Assembly (NCBI GenBank): GCA_051362555.1
Contig: CM120641.1
Span: forward strand, 21,204,001-21,268,000
Direction: 5' to 3'
Origin: Lingula anatina
Taxonomy: Eukaryota; Animalia; Brachiopoda
DNA length: 64,000 nucleotides
In this document: in pieces, positions 29,159-40,700 of the stretch
How positions within the stretch are numbered: position 1 is the stretch's first letter
Layout: every line of letters starts with the position of its first letter
Translations under genes and position numbers: made by a program
The notes under the pieces: generated by a model
What the model saw: the letters and a program-made list of their open reading frames with translations, nothing else
What the model was told of the DNA's origin: nothing
The model's database searches: none

Positions 29159-29422
29159 CAGGGCCGTAGCCTGAGCAAAATGCCGGGGGGGGGGGGCAGT
29201 AAGCAGACACGAGGGGGCGAAGCCCCCGAGGGGGGAGGGTGTGGGAGGTCCCCTCCCACGGTGTGGAATTTTTTTTTAAACTTGTATAATACTGCATTCT
29301 GGTGCATTTTAACTGTTATTTATTGCTCAATTAGAAGTCAGAAATTGCGATTATTTTTTTTGCACCTCAAATCCCAGGGGGGGGCAGCTGCCCCCCCTGC
29401 CCCCCCGGAGGCTACGGCCCTG
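29159..29422. mobile_element. GC-rich MITE with 14-bp TIR and 5-bp TSD
   Basis: tttgc|cagggccgtagcct ... aggctacggccctg|tttgc; internal hairpins such as cagggggggcagctgccccccctg. Confidence 0.88.
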
Positions 29423-31122
29423 TTTGCTGACTATTGCGATCATATTTATATGATCTTATGGTAAATTTTGTCCTTTAGGTTTCATTTTTTATTGATTTTT
29501 TTACTTTAAAAAGTTGGTATTTGTAAAATTATATATATAATTATTTATTTATTTATTCTTTTTTTTTTTTGCCGCGCTTCAACCTTTGCATAGCGCTTTT
29601 TTTTTTTTAGAAATAAATTATAATCATTGTTGTTATTTTTGTAGAAGCATAGGGTAACAAACTATCGTAGCTATGATAGTTCTTATATTCATCTCAAATG
29701 AGACTTGGGCAATCTGTTTCTGCTTAAATTGACAAATTCTCAAAGATCTTTATATACTACAATTAACACATGCACATGCGCATTCCGAGTGCTCATTACA
29801 CAATGATTAAACAGATATAAATATATAATTCACGGAATTGCTGTCGTCTCTAGTTTGCCATATGTTGTCCATCCATTATAGGACCAACTATATCAAAACT
29901 TGATTGCACATCCAAATTACTAGAAAAGTACTACAATAACTTTAAATATCACGAGAAATATATATTAACGGTCGTAGGAATTACATTCCCCCTGAAATGA
30001 AAGGGGTTGTGTTGTCAATGTTTCTTTTTTAGCAAGAAGTATCAAATAGCTATATCATTAACTAATTCAAGATCGTGCGGCAGTCTTGGTTAATTTTTTT
30101 TTTCGGCTCTAGCTGAGGCTAAACATCAAACAAGTAAATTAACACGCACGCCATTTTATAAGTCTTCTTATTTCTGTGATATATCTTGAATTATTCGTAT
30201 GTTAAGAGCCTGTTCATTTAGTCTAAAGTTGTAAACATTATTTTCTTTTTTTATTTTTTTTTTTTCAGAAGCTCACCGAGATTCTGCACAACTTGCGCCT
30301 GGAAGCCACCTACCGGTGGTCTTTGTTTCACACCCAGGAACTCCATGCTCATTCGTGAATTTATTATATGAAAACTGAATAAATGTTTTTGTGATTCGTA
30401 TTTTTTTCATTTCGTTACGAAACTATGATAATAAAAATAGTAGCAATGATTAGGGTAAATGAGTAATACTATTTCGTGTTTGAGACTTTCAAATTCAATC
30501 AGCTAAATCTGTAAATATCGTCTTAATGTTTTCTGTGGTACCTAATTCCTTGAATGGAATGGACTTGCACAACTTGACACTTACTATGGAATGGACTCGC
30601 TCTACCTTTTTAATTTGGACATATATATATTGTATATAAAATGCAATATACTGTATATAAAACGCTCCAATATCTATAATTATAATAGTTTTAATCGTTT
30701 GACAAAAATGCCAAGTATTTTCTAAAAAAAACGGAATTCGAGAATTTAAGCTGTTTTACACACTAAAAGAAAATATCTAAGGCAGTTTCAAATAGCCATC
30801 ATTCATAGTTAAAATTTGTATAAACTTACAGTCCTGCTTTTTTTAAAATCACATTTAACTTTTGTTCTATAGCAAATTTTTCTGGGGCCCTGATATCAGA
30901 GGGTACAGCGGGGTTGGAGTTTGTTTAGGGCCCCAGAAAAATATTGCACAAACTGCACTTTTCATCATTTTTTCAACAAGCTACTAGCGCACCCTGTGGT
31001 GTAGTATTAAGGTGCATGTAGTTCAAACAACGTAAGACGCAGGCTTGCGACCCAAAGTTGGGCTGACCGCGGCCGCCGGCAATTCAGGACCACCGCTTGC
31101 ATAGTGGGGACGTTTTAACCAT

Positions 31123-31274
31123 GATTTAACAAATTTTTATCTGTGGGGATATCTCAAGGATTATGTGTACCAGAACAATCCTCAAACGATAGGTGAACAG
31201 ATGGCAGCAATCATAGTAAAAATTAGAGTAAACCCAAGGAGGAACGTGTTCGAGTATTTGACAATTTTGCGCGA
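31123..31274 (+). mobile_element. Tc1/mariner-superfamily transposase C-terminal relic
   Basis: Translates DLTNFYLWGYLKDYVYQNNPQTIGEQMAAII, then after a frameshift EERVRVFDNFAR. This matches the SPDLNPxDFFLWGYLKxxVY..P.TI signature. Confidence 0.8.
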
Positions 31275-31559
31275 CCATATTTTTAACAAGAGCATTACTT
31301 TAGACAAAAATTTTGATGAAACTGACCTTTAAATATTTTATCCAGTTAAACACTGGCCAGTTAACTAACCGGCTGTTTAAACACTGTTTATGAAACACAA
31401 TTTTAACCATCTTTTACTTAAGGGGTTTTAGGAGAATTTATACACTGGTTAGGCTTATAACACACTGGTTATTAGGCTACTAAACGTCCTTTGTGAAACT
31501 GGCCCCTGATTTACAATTATAAGCCGAACCAAACGGTACTTTTGCCCTTCAAAACACCA

Positions 31560-31730
31560 AAAATTTCGGTCCCCTTTAGCGGACCCTGTACCCAACACCA
31601 AAGGGCGAGGGTCGGCTGTCGTATCTTCGCATCGTATCTCGTCAGACAGCACAACTAACACAACGTGATTGTGACGGAAACTATCCCAGAGAGCATCTGT
31701 TGTTTACAAATATTTCAATATGGCGGCCGG
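31560..31730 (+). promoter_or_regulatory. CpG-rich MIPOL1 promoter with YY1 motif at the start codon
   Basis: CpG-dense stretch immediately upstream of exon 1; caatATGGCGGC at 31716-31727 matches the YY1 consensus AANATGGCGGC. Confidence 0.6.
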
Positions 31731-34700
31731 TGGAGATCAAAACTACCACCGCCGCCTAGACCAAAGTTTTGATGATTTGTCCAAATTACCTGACCAAGAT
31801 CAAGCCTTGGTATATAAACTTCGGTCTGCGATTGATGGAGCACGCTCAAAATTCAGCAAACTCCGAGATTCGGTGGACGAAAAGTAAGATTGCATCCTAA
31901 ATCGCCTGTTAAATAGTTAAATAAAGCACTCTAACACAAATGCTTCTTTTGTCAGTTTTGACTTTATTCGAGTCCAGTCGAAATCACGCGTGATTCACTT
32001 CAGTGAAATCATTCTTTCCTTCTGCATTTATACAAGTCATACTGCAGATTTCTGTACTAATTAGTGGGGGCGTCTCGATAGTCCGAAGGTTCATTGGTCC
32101 GAAGGTTCATTGGTCCGAAAAGTGGTAACATTTTCATCGATTTTTTAATCAAGGGTTCATTGGTCCGAAGGTTCTATAGTGAACATTCGGACCAATGAAC
32201 CTTCGGACTATTGAACCTCTCCAAAGGAGGGCCAAACTCTTTCATTTAAAAAAGTCTTTCATTTACGGGTCATTCATTTACTATGATGTGCACCTTAGTG
32301 GTTAGCACGAAATTCATACCTAACATAACGATTTCTATAGCTGGCAAAGCGTAGATATTAAAATTGTCAATAGGAGTGCTAACGCTTGCATTCCGTGCTG
32401 TTAAGTGGTTAGTTTGATCAGATTATTTCCTTTCAAATAGATTATCTTATTATAATTGGGTAATAATTTACTCTATCGTTAATGATTTTGTTTTTACAAG
32501 TTTATTCAAATATAATGAAAGTTATGGCTACTTCAGGGGTGATCACTGAAAAAAGTTGGGTAACAAAACTGGATAACTAAAATTAGAAAGTAACAGAAAA
32601 AAATCTTAGACTTGCATGTATAAGTTTGGGGACGTACTGAATAACTGCAGTATATTGCTCAATAATTTCAATGATTTTCAGGGTAATTGCACAACTTCAG
32701 AAATATTTGTGCCAACCAATATTATGATAGTCACGTCCTAATTGCCTACTTAAATTTTGGTTGTTTTCTTACAAATATAAGACAGTGTATTCTTTTGTAA
32801 TTCTGTTATAGAGATGAACTTCTTAGTAAAGAGACTGCACTAAGGAGAGCAGCTGAACAGAAACTGGAGGCTCAGCTGGTTAACATGTACCCAGACCAAA
32901 GTGTGAATGATGAGCTCCATGAGAGACTGCCCAGAGCAAGAAGGAAAAGCTCCCCTACAAAATCTCCAGTCATAGATGAATGGGTCAAGGAAGAAGAAAC
33001 AAAAGCACAGAGGTATACATAATAATAAATGCACTGAGTATTGACAAATGCTTTATAGAAAAATGTGCCAGTTCAAACATTTAAATGTATCCAATTATGG
33101 CAGTGTAGTTAATAAGATATACAACATTAGCTTACAGTGAGAAATGTTAAATAACAATAACATGCAAGAAAATAAGACTTGGTCATACTCTACCTCTTGT
33201 TATGTAATTCATTGCTTTTGTTAAAGGTAAAACAATAGTAGCTGTATATAAGTGAGATTTCATTGTTTAAGATATTGAAACTTATACAAATGTATGTCAT
33301 CAATTTTATTTATGTATTGCAGTTACAACAGTTATGGTGTTAAAAATGTGTTTCCCTCGATTTGAAATTTCAGTTTTGCCAACTTGGGGCATTTTTGCTT
33401 AATGAATATAATACATATAATTTACTGACCTAACATTACTACATGTATAGTACCGTCTTAGATTGAAATTAAACCATTAGATTATTTTACAACTTAATAT
33501 AATGAAGATTAGGAGGATCTTAAGTAACCAGTTTATTCCAGTTAGAACATTTCGACAACATAAAAGACATTATTCAGAGTGATTGTTCTGAACTTCTGTA
33601 AATATGGACAAAGTAACCTCATCCGATGCTGTATAACATAATTTGATGATTATTTCTTCAGGAACTCAAAAGAAAATGATTCAGGTACGGAAACAGACCC
33701 ACCAGAAAAGCCTCATGGTCGTAGTAAAACTAAAAAGAGGCCAAAAAGTGGGAAAGGTAGGTATGAAACTCTCATTCCAAAGCAGGATTCTCACTTTGTT
33801 TTAGATTTTAGACCCAACTGAAAACATAAAGGTAACATTATTTCAAAATCGCTATGAGCTTTGAAATATTGGTCCATTGAAACTAGTATTTCTTTTGATG
33901 CTGGTAAAACACAGTTTCCTCATTTTATTGTAATTGAAAAGTGACCATTTGTCAGTCTTTCATACCAGTTGGCCTACAACTGATGTAGGAAAGTGAATAA
34001 AAACTGTGAGTTTTTAAAACATTGCCCTTCAAGCAGAGCATTTGCTTCCATATGTATTTTCTCTAATAAAATGTTTATCCTGTTGTGATTTTTATATCAT
34101 GTAATCACAGAAAAGAACTAATACATAAATAAATACATGCTCTTACAGTATTAATAATGATAATAGAATGTATCTCAGTCTGCTCATACACTACTTGTAG
34201 ATCCATCAAGACATAGCAAGAAGCACCACAGAAGATCGTGGAGTGGAACTGAGACCCCATCTGAAGATGAACAGCACAGTGCTCGTCATATGCACATGTC
34301 TCAGACTTTTCCTGGCTTCTCATCCATGCCACAGGGAGGTTATGGTGGTCCTGTTCTTCCACCCATGGGATACTATCCACCTTTTCCATATGCACCACCC
34401 CCTCCAGTGATTTATGCACCATCCCCTCACATGCAGCCCCCATACTCTAGTGTCTTTTCTCCCCCTGCTGCTCAATCCACACCTGGGCGCCATGAAGGTC
34501 AAATTGCAAGTGAACATCAGGGTCAAGGTCATCCACAGGGTGAAGGTCAAACCCAGAAATCAGGTCAATCACAACGTCAGCCACAGGATGTTGGCCATGA
34601 TGCTACACTGAGTGTCCCAGTAAGTGGGGGTTCACCACCAGTGGCTGGTAACTTGGGGGTCAGAAGGCACAGCGATCCACATGCAGAGGGAAACGCAAAG

Positions 34701-37700
34701 AAGAGACCACCCCACAAAAACCACACCGTGATTGGTTTGCCACATGATGTCACTGTTGGTCAAGATAGTCCTGTTGCTGGTGATGGCAGTTATATTTCAG
34801 TGCCTGTGGATGATAAGAGTAGATACTTGGATCAGAGTCGTCAGGTTTCTCTCCTGCTCTCAGAATTAGATGCTGCTAAAGACTTGAATAAGAAGGTATT
34901 TTTAAAAACATTATTATGGCTAAATGATATAGTTTAAAGGTTTATTTCATACGAGCATATATTGCATATAAATGTAAATGAGTTATTTTATCTTTATGTC
35001 AGAGATATTAATTGTAAACATTTAGATAAAACATGATAGATTGTTGTATTAGATGAAAATAATTAATGCTATTAATTTGGCAGCTTTCTGACAAACTGTC
35101 AGAAACAGAAAAAGAACTTGAGTCAATCAAAATTGCCATGAAAGCTAAGGCAACAGAATCAGAAGCAGATTTGGGGGCAAGAGCAACAGGTGAGGAGTTG
35201 AAATACTTTGTTGTGACAGATAAATTTTGATTTGAATAAATAGTTACTGAGAACAAGTAATCTAATGCAATTTTAGCTAAATTATGGTGAAAGTAAATAG
35301 ATAATGACATATTTCTGAAAATAGTCGAACATTGAATTACTTCGACTATTTTGCACACTGCACAAATCAATGTGGAAATGCTCTTGAATTTTTAAAGGTA
35401 ATGTTTCCTTTTATTTTATTGTACTTGATTATTTAAAAATTGATTGATGCATAAATTAGTTTTTTTCCTTGTCAAATTTCCTGCATTTAATGACATGTAC
35501 AAAATCTTTTAGTTGTTGAATTACTGAATGTCTTTGTATACAATCTGATTCTTGTTTGACCATAAGATGAACATATTTTCTTCAAGACAAGAAAACAATA
35601 GGAGGACAGTCAGAAATTTTCAATTTAATTTCTATTTTATTTCAGCATTAGTGGAAGAGTTGTACAGGGCACAAAAGGAGAGAGATGCATCAGTAATGAT
35701 GAGGCTGAGGTTGGCCAATGAGGAGCGTGATGAAGCCATAGAAAGATGGAAACAAATGAACCAAAGCTTGGCTAGGTTAGAAAAAAAGTTTCAGGTTTTT
35801 ATGTGTAATTTAAATGTTCACCAAGAGTGAAAACCCCTGCCAAGAAAGAAGGCAATAAAAATTCTTTTAAGATATTATGTCCATGTTCAGTTGAAAATGT
35901 GATCATTGCTTTATAATCCAGAAAATTTCATTGAAAATTGTGAAAAATTTTAGAAATATCTTGTCCACTACCATATCAACACACAGATAAGCCAACTACT
36001 GATGAAAAAAATTAACTACCTTTTGTGGCAGTGGTAATAATAAGCCTGAAATTATCCTGGTCCTTGGTCAAATGGTATAGACAAGTAATAAAAAGGCCTG
36101 GATTTATTCACATTGAGCTTAAAGTTACTGTAAGTGTTGCAATTCTGAATATGTGTGTTAATACAGTTAACTGAATGAAGTAAGGTTCACAAAAAAAAAC
36201 ATAATACATTATAGTATCTAACATGTGCATGTTTCTTTTATTTGAATTATTTTTGCTTATCAGACACAAACTGTAAGATTCATGAAATTTTGCAGTTTGG
36301 AAACTGATGCTGTAAGTTACACAGCATTGATATCAAAATCATTTTATTTTCTGTCATTTGATCAATTCAAGTGGTAACGTAATTGATTTCAATAGAAACT
36401 AAATTATATCTTAAGAATCCATAGCAAACATATTCATTTCTATGCTATGTGAAAAATTCCTCATGGTCAAGTCATTCAATTTAATAGAAAATATTTGTTT
36501 TTGGCACTTTTACCCAGATATAGTTTACGTCAGGTATGTTTGGTATGCATGTAAAGAGATTATGGAAATCATATCACAGATTGTGGTCAACAGTATAGAA
36601 CAGTTAGGTCCAGTAAAATGACTGGACCCTCAGACTAGAGAGTCACTCAACCTGGTTTCTTTGTTTGTAGTGTTGACTCTGGGACTGAACAATCAGATGA
36701 AGAGGATGTGGTAAGATCACTGGCACCTGCAATGATAACATCATAGTTGTTTTAAGAAGAATGGCTGCAGTAATGATAATATAGACATTTTTTATCAAAA
36801 TTTCTGTCATTTTTTGTTGTCTTGAAATTTTTTGATACTTTTTAAATTTTAAGTAATAAATATACCTTTGTCATAAGTCAAAGAATAAAGATTAGTGATT
36901 CACATAAGATTATTTTTCTCTTTTAAGTAGTTTTGTATAATTTAAATGAGTTGTTTGAAATATATTTTAGTAAAATATAAATCCCAATGTTCAGGCAATT
37001 TTTCTGTAAATATAAACATGTCAAAAATTGCAACAATAAAATTAAATGCATAGATTCTTTGATATCTTCAGGATGTTCCTAGTTTGCTGTCCAAACTTAA
37101 CCAGGCTGAATCTCCAATACAAATTGGAAAACATGGACATCTGATTAAAGACAAAATCAGTGGGACAAAAGCAAGAAGAAAAGAAATCACAATGGAAGAA
37201 ATGAAGGCAATCCTGGAAGAGAGAGATGCTTTATTGGCAAAGGTTTGTTGTGCTTCAGAGGGAAATGTGCAAGTAATAAGTTGAAGTGGCAGGTCCTTTA
37301 CACATTTTTACAGGTTGTTTCAGTGTTTCTTATTTATAAAAACCTTTTATCTTTCAGGTATATTTAATTTTTTTGGTAGGGGTTATCTTGGTTCTTTTCT
37401 GCCCTTATTACGTTTCAGTGGGATTTCAAAACAAAACATAATAAAAACATTTTAATATGACACTTTAAAGTTGTTAAATTAATGTAGTACTAAATTATAA
37501 AATTGTAGTTTTCAAACTATATCATTGCTAACACTGGAAACAAGAACATTATTTGGTGGGTTAGGGCCGCATCAATTTATCAAATGAATACATAGTAAAA
37601 TTATGAATATAAATTGATCTGATTTTAAGAGCAAAATCCCCATTGTCTAATTGGCAATCAAAGTGAATTGCAAACAGTATAAATCTTTAAGCATAGCATG

Positions 37701-40700
37701 CATCCTGCTTACGTATATTTGATAAAAGGTACTGAAAATGAAATAAATTTCTAAGCTGACACTGGAAATATTAGGATAAATATGCAAGTTTTTTTTTACT
37801 AAAAAGTTACTCATCAGTTACACAAATAAATAAAAAAAAATTAATAAACTTATAAACATAGGTTTTGCTTCTTTTTCAAATATTCTTCTTCATTGTACAT
37901 ATGAATAAAATTAGCCAGGTGCATGTTGCAGGAATGGAAATCAGAATTTTATTGCATAGTGCCAACACCCTCCGCTTGTGTCCCTTCTGACGTGATGTGA
38001 TTGGCACATGTCAACAGTGTTTGCTGGCAATTGCGTTAACTGTCAAAGAGTAAACTTTCCTGAGCAGAAATTAGCTGACTTTTGACATAAGATTCTCCTG
38101 CTACAAAACATTTTGATTGTCTGGCTCCAGACGTGGTCCTAATTTTTTTCCAAACTTGTAATCATCATTCACATGGTATTTGCTTTGGTATTCGAGTGTG
38201 AGCATTGGTGCCTACATTTCTATACAAGCCCGCGTTAGGTGAGAACTGACAATCTACTTTGTCATAACTAGGCAGTGATCCTTATTCACCGAACAGCATA
38301 AAAACCTAATTCATGTCTATAATTGAAATTTCACAAACATCAAAGGCCAGTCTGGCATTGACAAGTCAGATGAAGGGCTGTTCAGTTTGTGAAGTTTCTT
38401 GTAAAATGGACCGTGATCAAATAAATATGTATTCCATAGCAGCTGATCCCAATTAAAACTGCTGGAGGTCTCTAACCTTTAATTTTCCTTGCATGAGAAT
38501 ATTGTTGTTCTTTTGAGACCAGTTTATTTGCATCCACATTGATTTATTTACTGGCCCCATACCATCATGTCCCACCAGTAATAGTTTTGTCCAGAATTGC
38601 TCGCTTTGGTTTTTCATGGCAATTTCACAGCTCGCTACTTGCTATATCTTGTCCATATTTGCATAGCTAAGTCAATATAACCTTTTTGATCCTCCAAATT
38701 TTGTAATATTTAGCTGAGAAGAAAAGACACTGCGCCTTTGTGCGCAAGAGGAATTCAGTGTTTTCAAAACGTATCAATAGCATTAGTCAGCAAAGCGACG
38801 GCTACAAATAAAGCGGATACAAGAAAGTGATGTTTGCTCGCAAACTTCATCAAAGGATAGATAATATGGGGATGTTTGCTAGGAATAAACAAAAAACCCT
38901 AAAAAATAAATGTACTTATATTGTATCAGATTTTACACTACATTTCCGGAGCTATAAATGCTCTATATCTAAATCACGAAGAACATTAGGTCGCCTAGAA
39001 ATCGATTCAGCAAGTTAGATATGCAAGGCACATGTTGTTGCCAACCGTCAGAATATCGATTGTCAGAATCCTGGAATTTTTCTGACCTGTTCCACAAATT
39101 ACTGTGGTAAGTAGAATTTCATTTCAAAATTGAGTAGTTAAATTGCAATACTGGAAATTACCTCCTAGAGAGGCATATTGGTGTGTGCTCCAGAATGGCC
39201 TGACCTACATTGGGGACTGTATTGTATGAAAAAACCCGGCTCATTTTTCTATTTCCCTTTGACATGATGGGTTTTCTTTGTGGCTTTTTTCTAGTGACTG
39301 GCAGGTAACAACAGTTGCTGTTATTTTTACATGCCTAAGGGCCTCAATAATGACGCCAGCTTGGCGTCTGCCATTACCCAATGCTTGATGGAGGTGGCAG
39401 CCATTTTAGATTTTGAAAGTTTCTCTCCCAGTCACTTTATGCACTTTAGTTAGTTAAATTTTGTAGATAAACCATATTTTTATACTCCGATAGTAAGAAT
39501 TGATTATATTGTCCATTGTTTTCCAAGATTCAAGCAAAATAGCAAAAAATTTTTTGTAGGACAGACATTTTGTTCATTATATTACCTTAACAAGTTTTAC
39601 ACTGCAACTTAATAATTTGTTTAATTATGATAAAAATAAACGAAAAATACTTTAATATTTAAAGAATCATATTATTTGCTGTTATAGTAGTATCTTTTCA
39701 TTGTTGTTGTAATAATCTTGGAAGTTCATATATGAAATGTGTCCAGTTTCTAAAATGCTTTTCACTCCATGTAGAATGGTGTATATTGCAGTAGTAATTA
39801 TTTTTGAAGTATACCATCTTAATGTGTTCAATCTATGTATTGTAGCATTTTATATTTCTAAAGAAATATATGACTTTTTCAGTGCAAGAAACTTGAACAA
39901 GAACTGATTAAACTCCAAAGAAATGGCAGCAAATACTCCCCCCAACATGAAAAAGAACAGGCAATTAAGGTAAGACTTTTCCAGGCTACCTTTCTTCATT
40001 GAAGAAGCAGTAGCTTTACAATGAACAGACAGGTCACCAATTTACTTTATTTTCATTATATATCTTTCCAAGTAACATTTAACATTCTTAACATCCTCCC
40101 CTGTGACATGGTATCAGGGAACTCCCTGTTGGTACCTTGGAATAAATCGTTCTTTCTGGTGTTTATAACTTATCATATCGCTTCTGCAAAATTTATCAGT
40201 GCTAACACTAAGCAAAAGAGACATTTTAAAGCATGCAAGTTGTGTACAGTGTACAGCAAAAAGTGTACACTAAAAAGTCTGTCATTTTGACCTCATTGAC
40301 AAATCAAATTCACATCTCAACATAATTGGATTCAAATTGCAAGGTACTGTCTGGCCATTATATGTTTTATGCACCCTCATATTTTTATAATGTTAGCCCA
40401 TAGGTATTTTACCATTGGGATCATATCAGGCAGTTTCCCAACTGATAAACCATACAAGTTGAAGACCAACCAACAGTTCTGGCCTAATTTGCATCATGTT
40501 TATGGTAGTTAGAATATATTTACATCTTTTAAGTATTCTGTCTTCTGGTCTTCATTAATATTCTTCAATACTACTGTTAAACTTGAATGAAAAATGCCTC
40601 CTAACACATTTTATTGCTTCTGGTCTTCTATTCTTCTTAAATGATGTGAACATGAATTTAGAATCAATTTCCCCTCATAAAATATGCATTTACAAACAAA

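Noticed and set aside
30878-30941. Inverted repeat ttttctggggccct...agggccccagaaaa
   Set aside because: Short GC hairpin typical of MITE interiors; no termini or TSD to support a separate call.
16480-31719. SLC25A21 or PAX1/9 upstream of MIPOL1
   Set aside because: No mitochondrial-carrier PxDxxKxR motifs or paired-domain sequence were noticed in this interval.
37900-39450. Possible transposase or gene relic in MIPOL1 intron 8
   Set aside because: Composition differs from the flanks, but my minus-strand translation gave no motif I could recognise and I found no termini.
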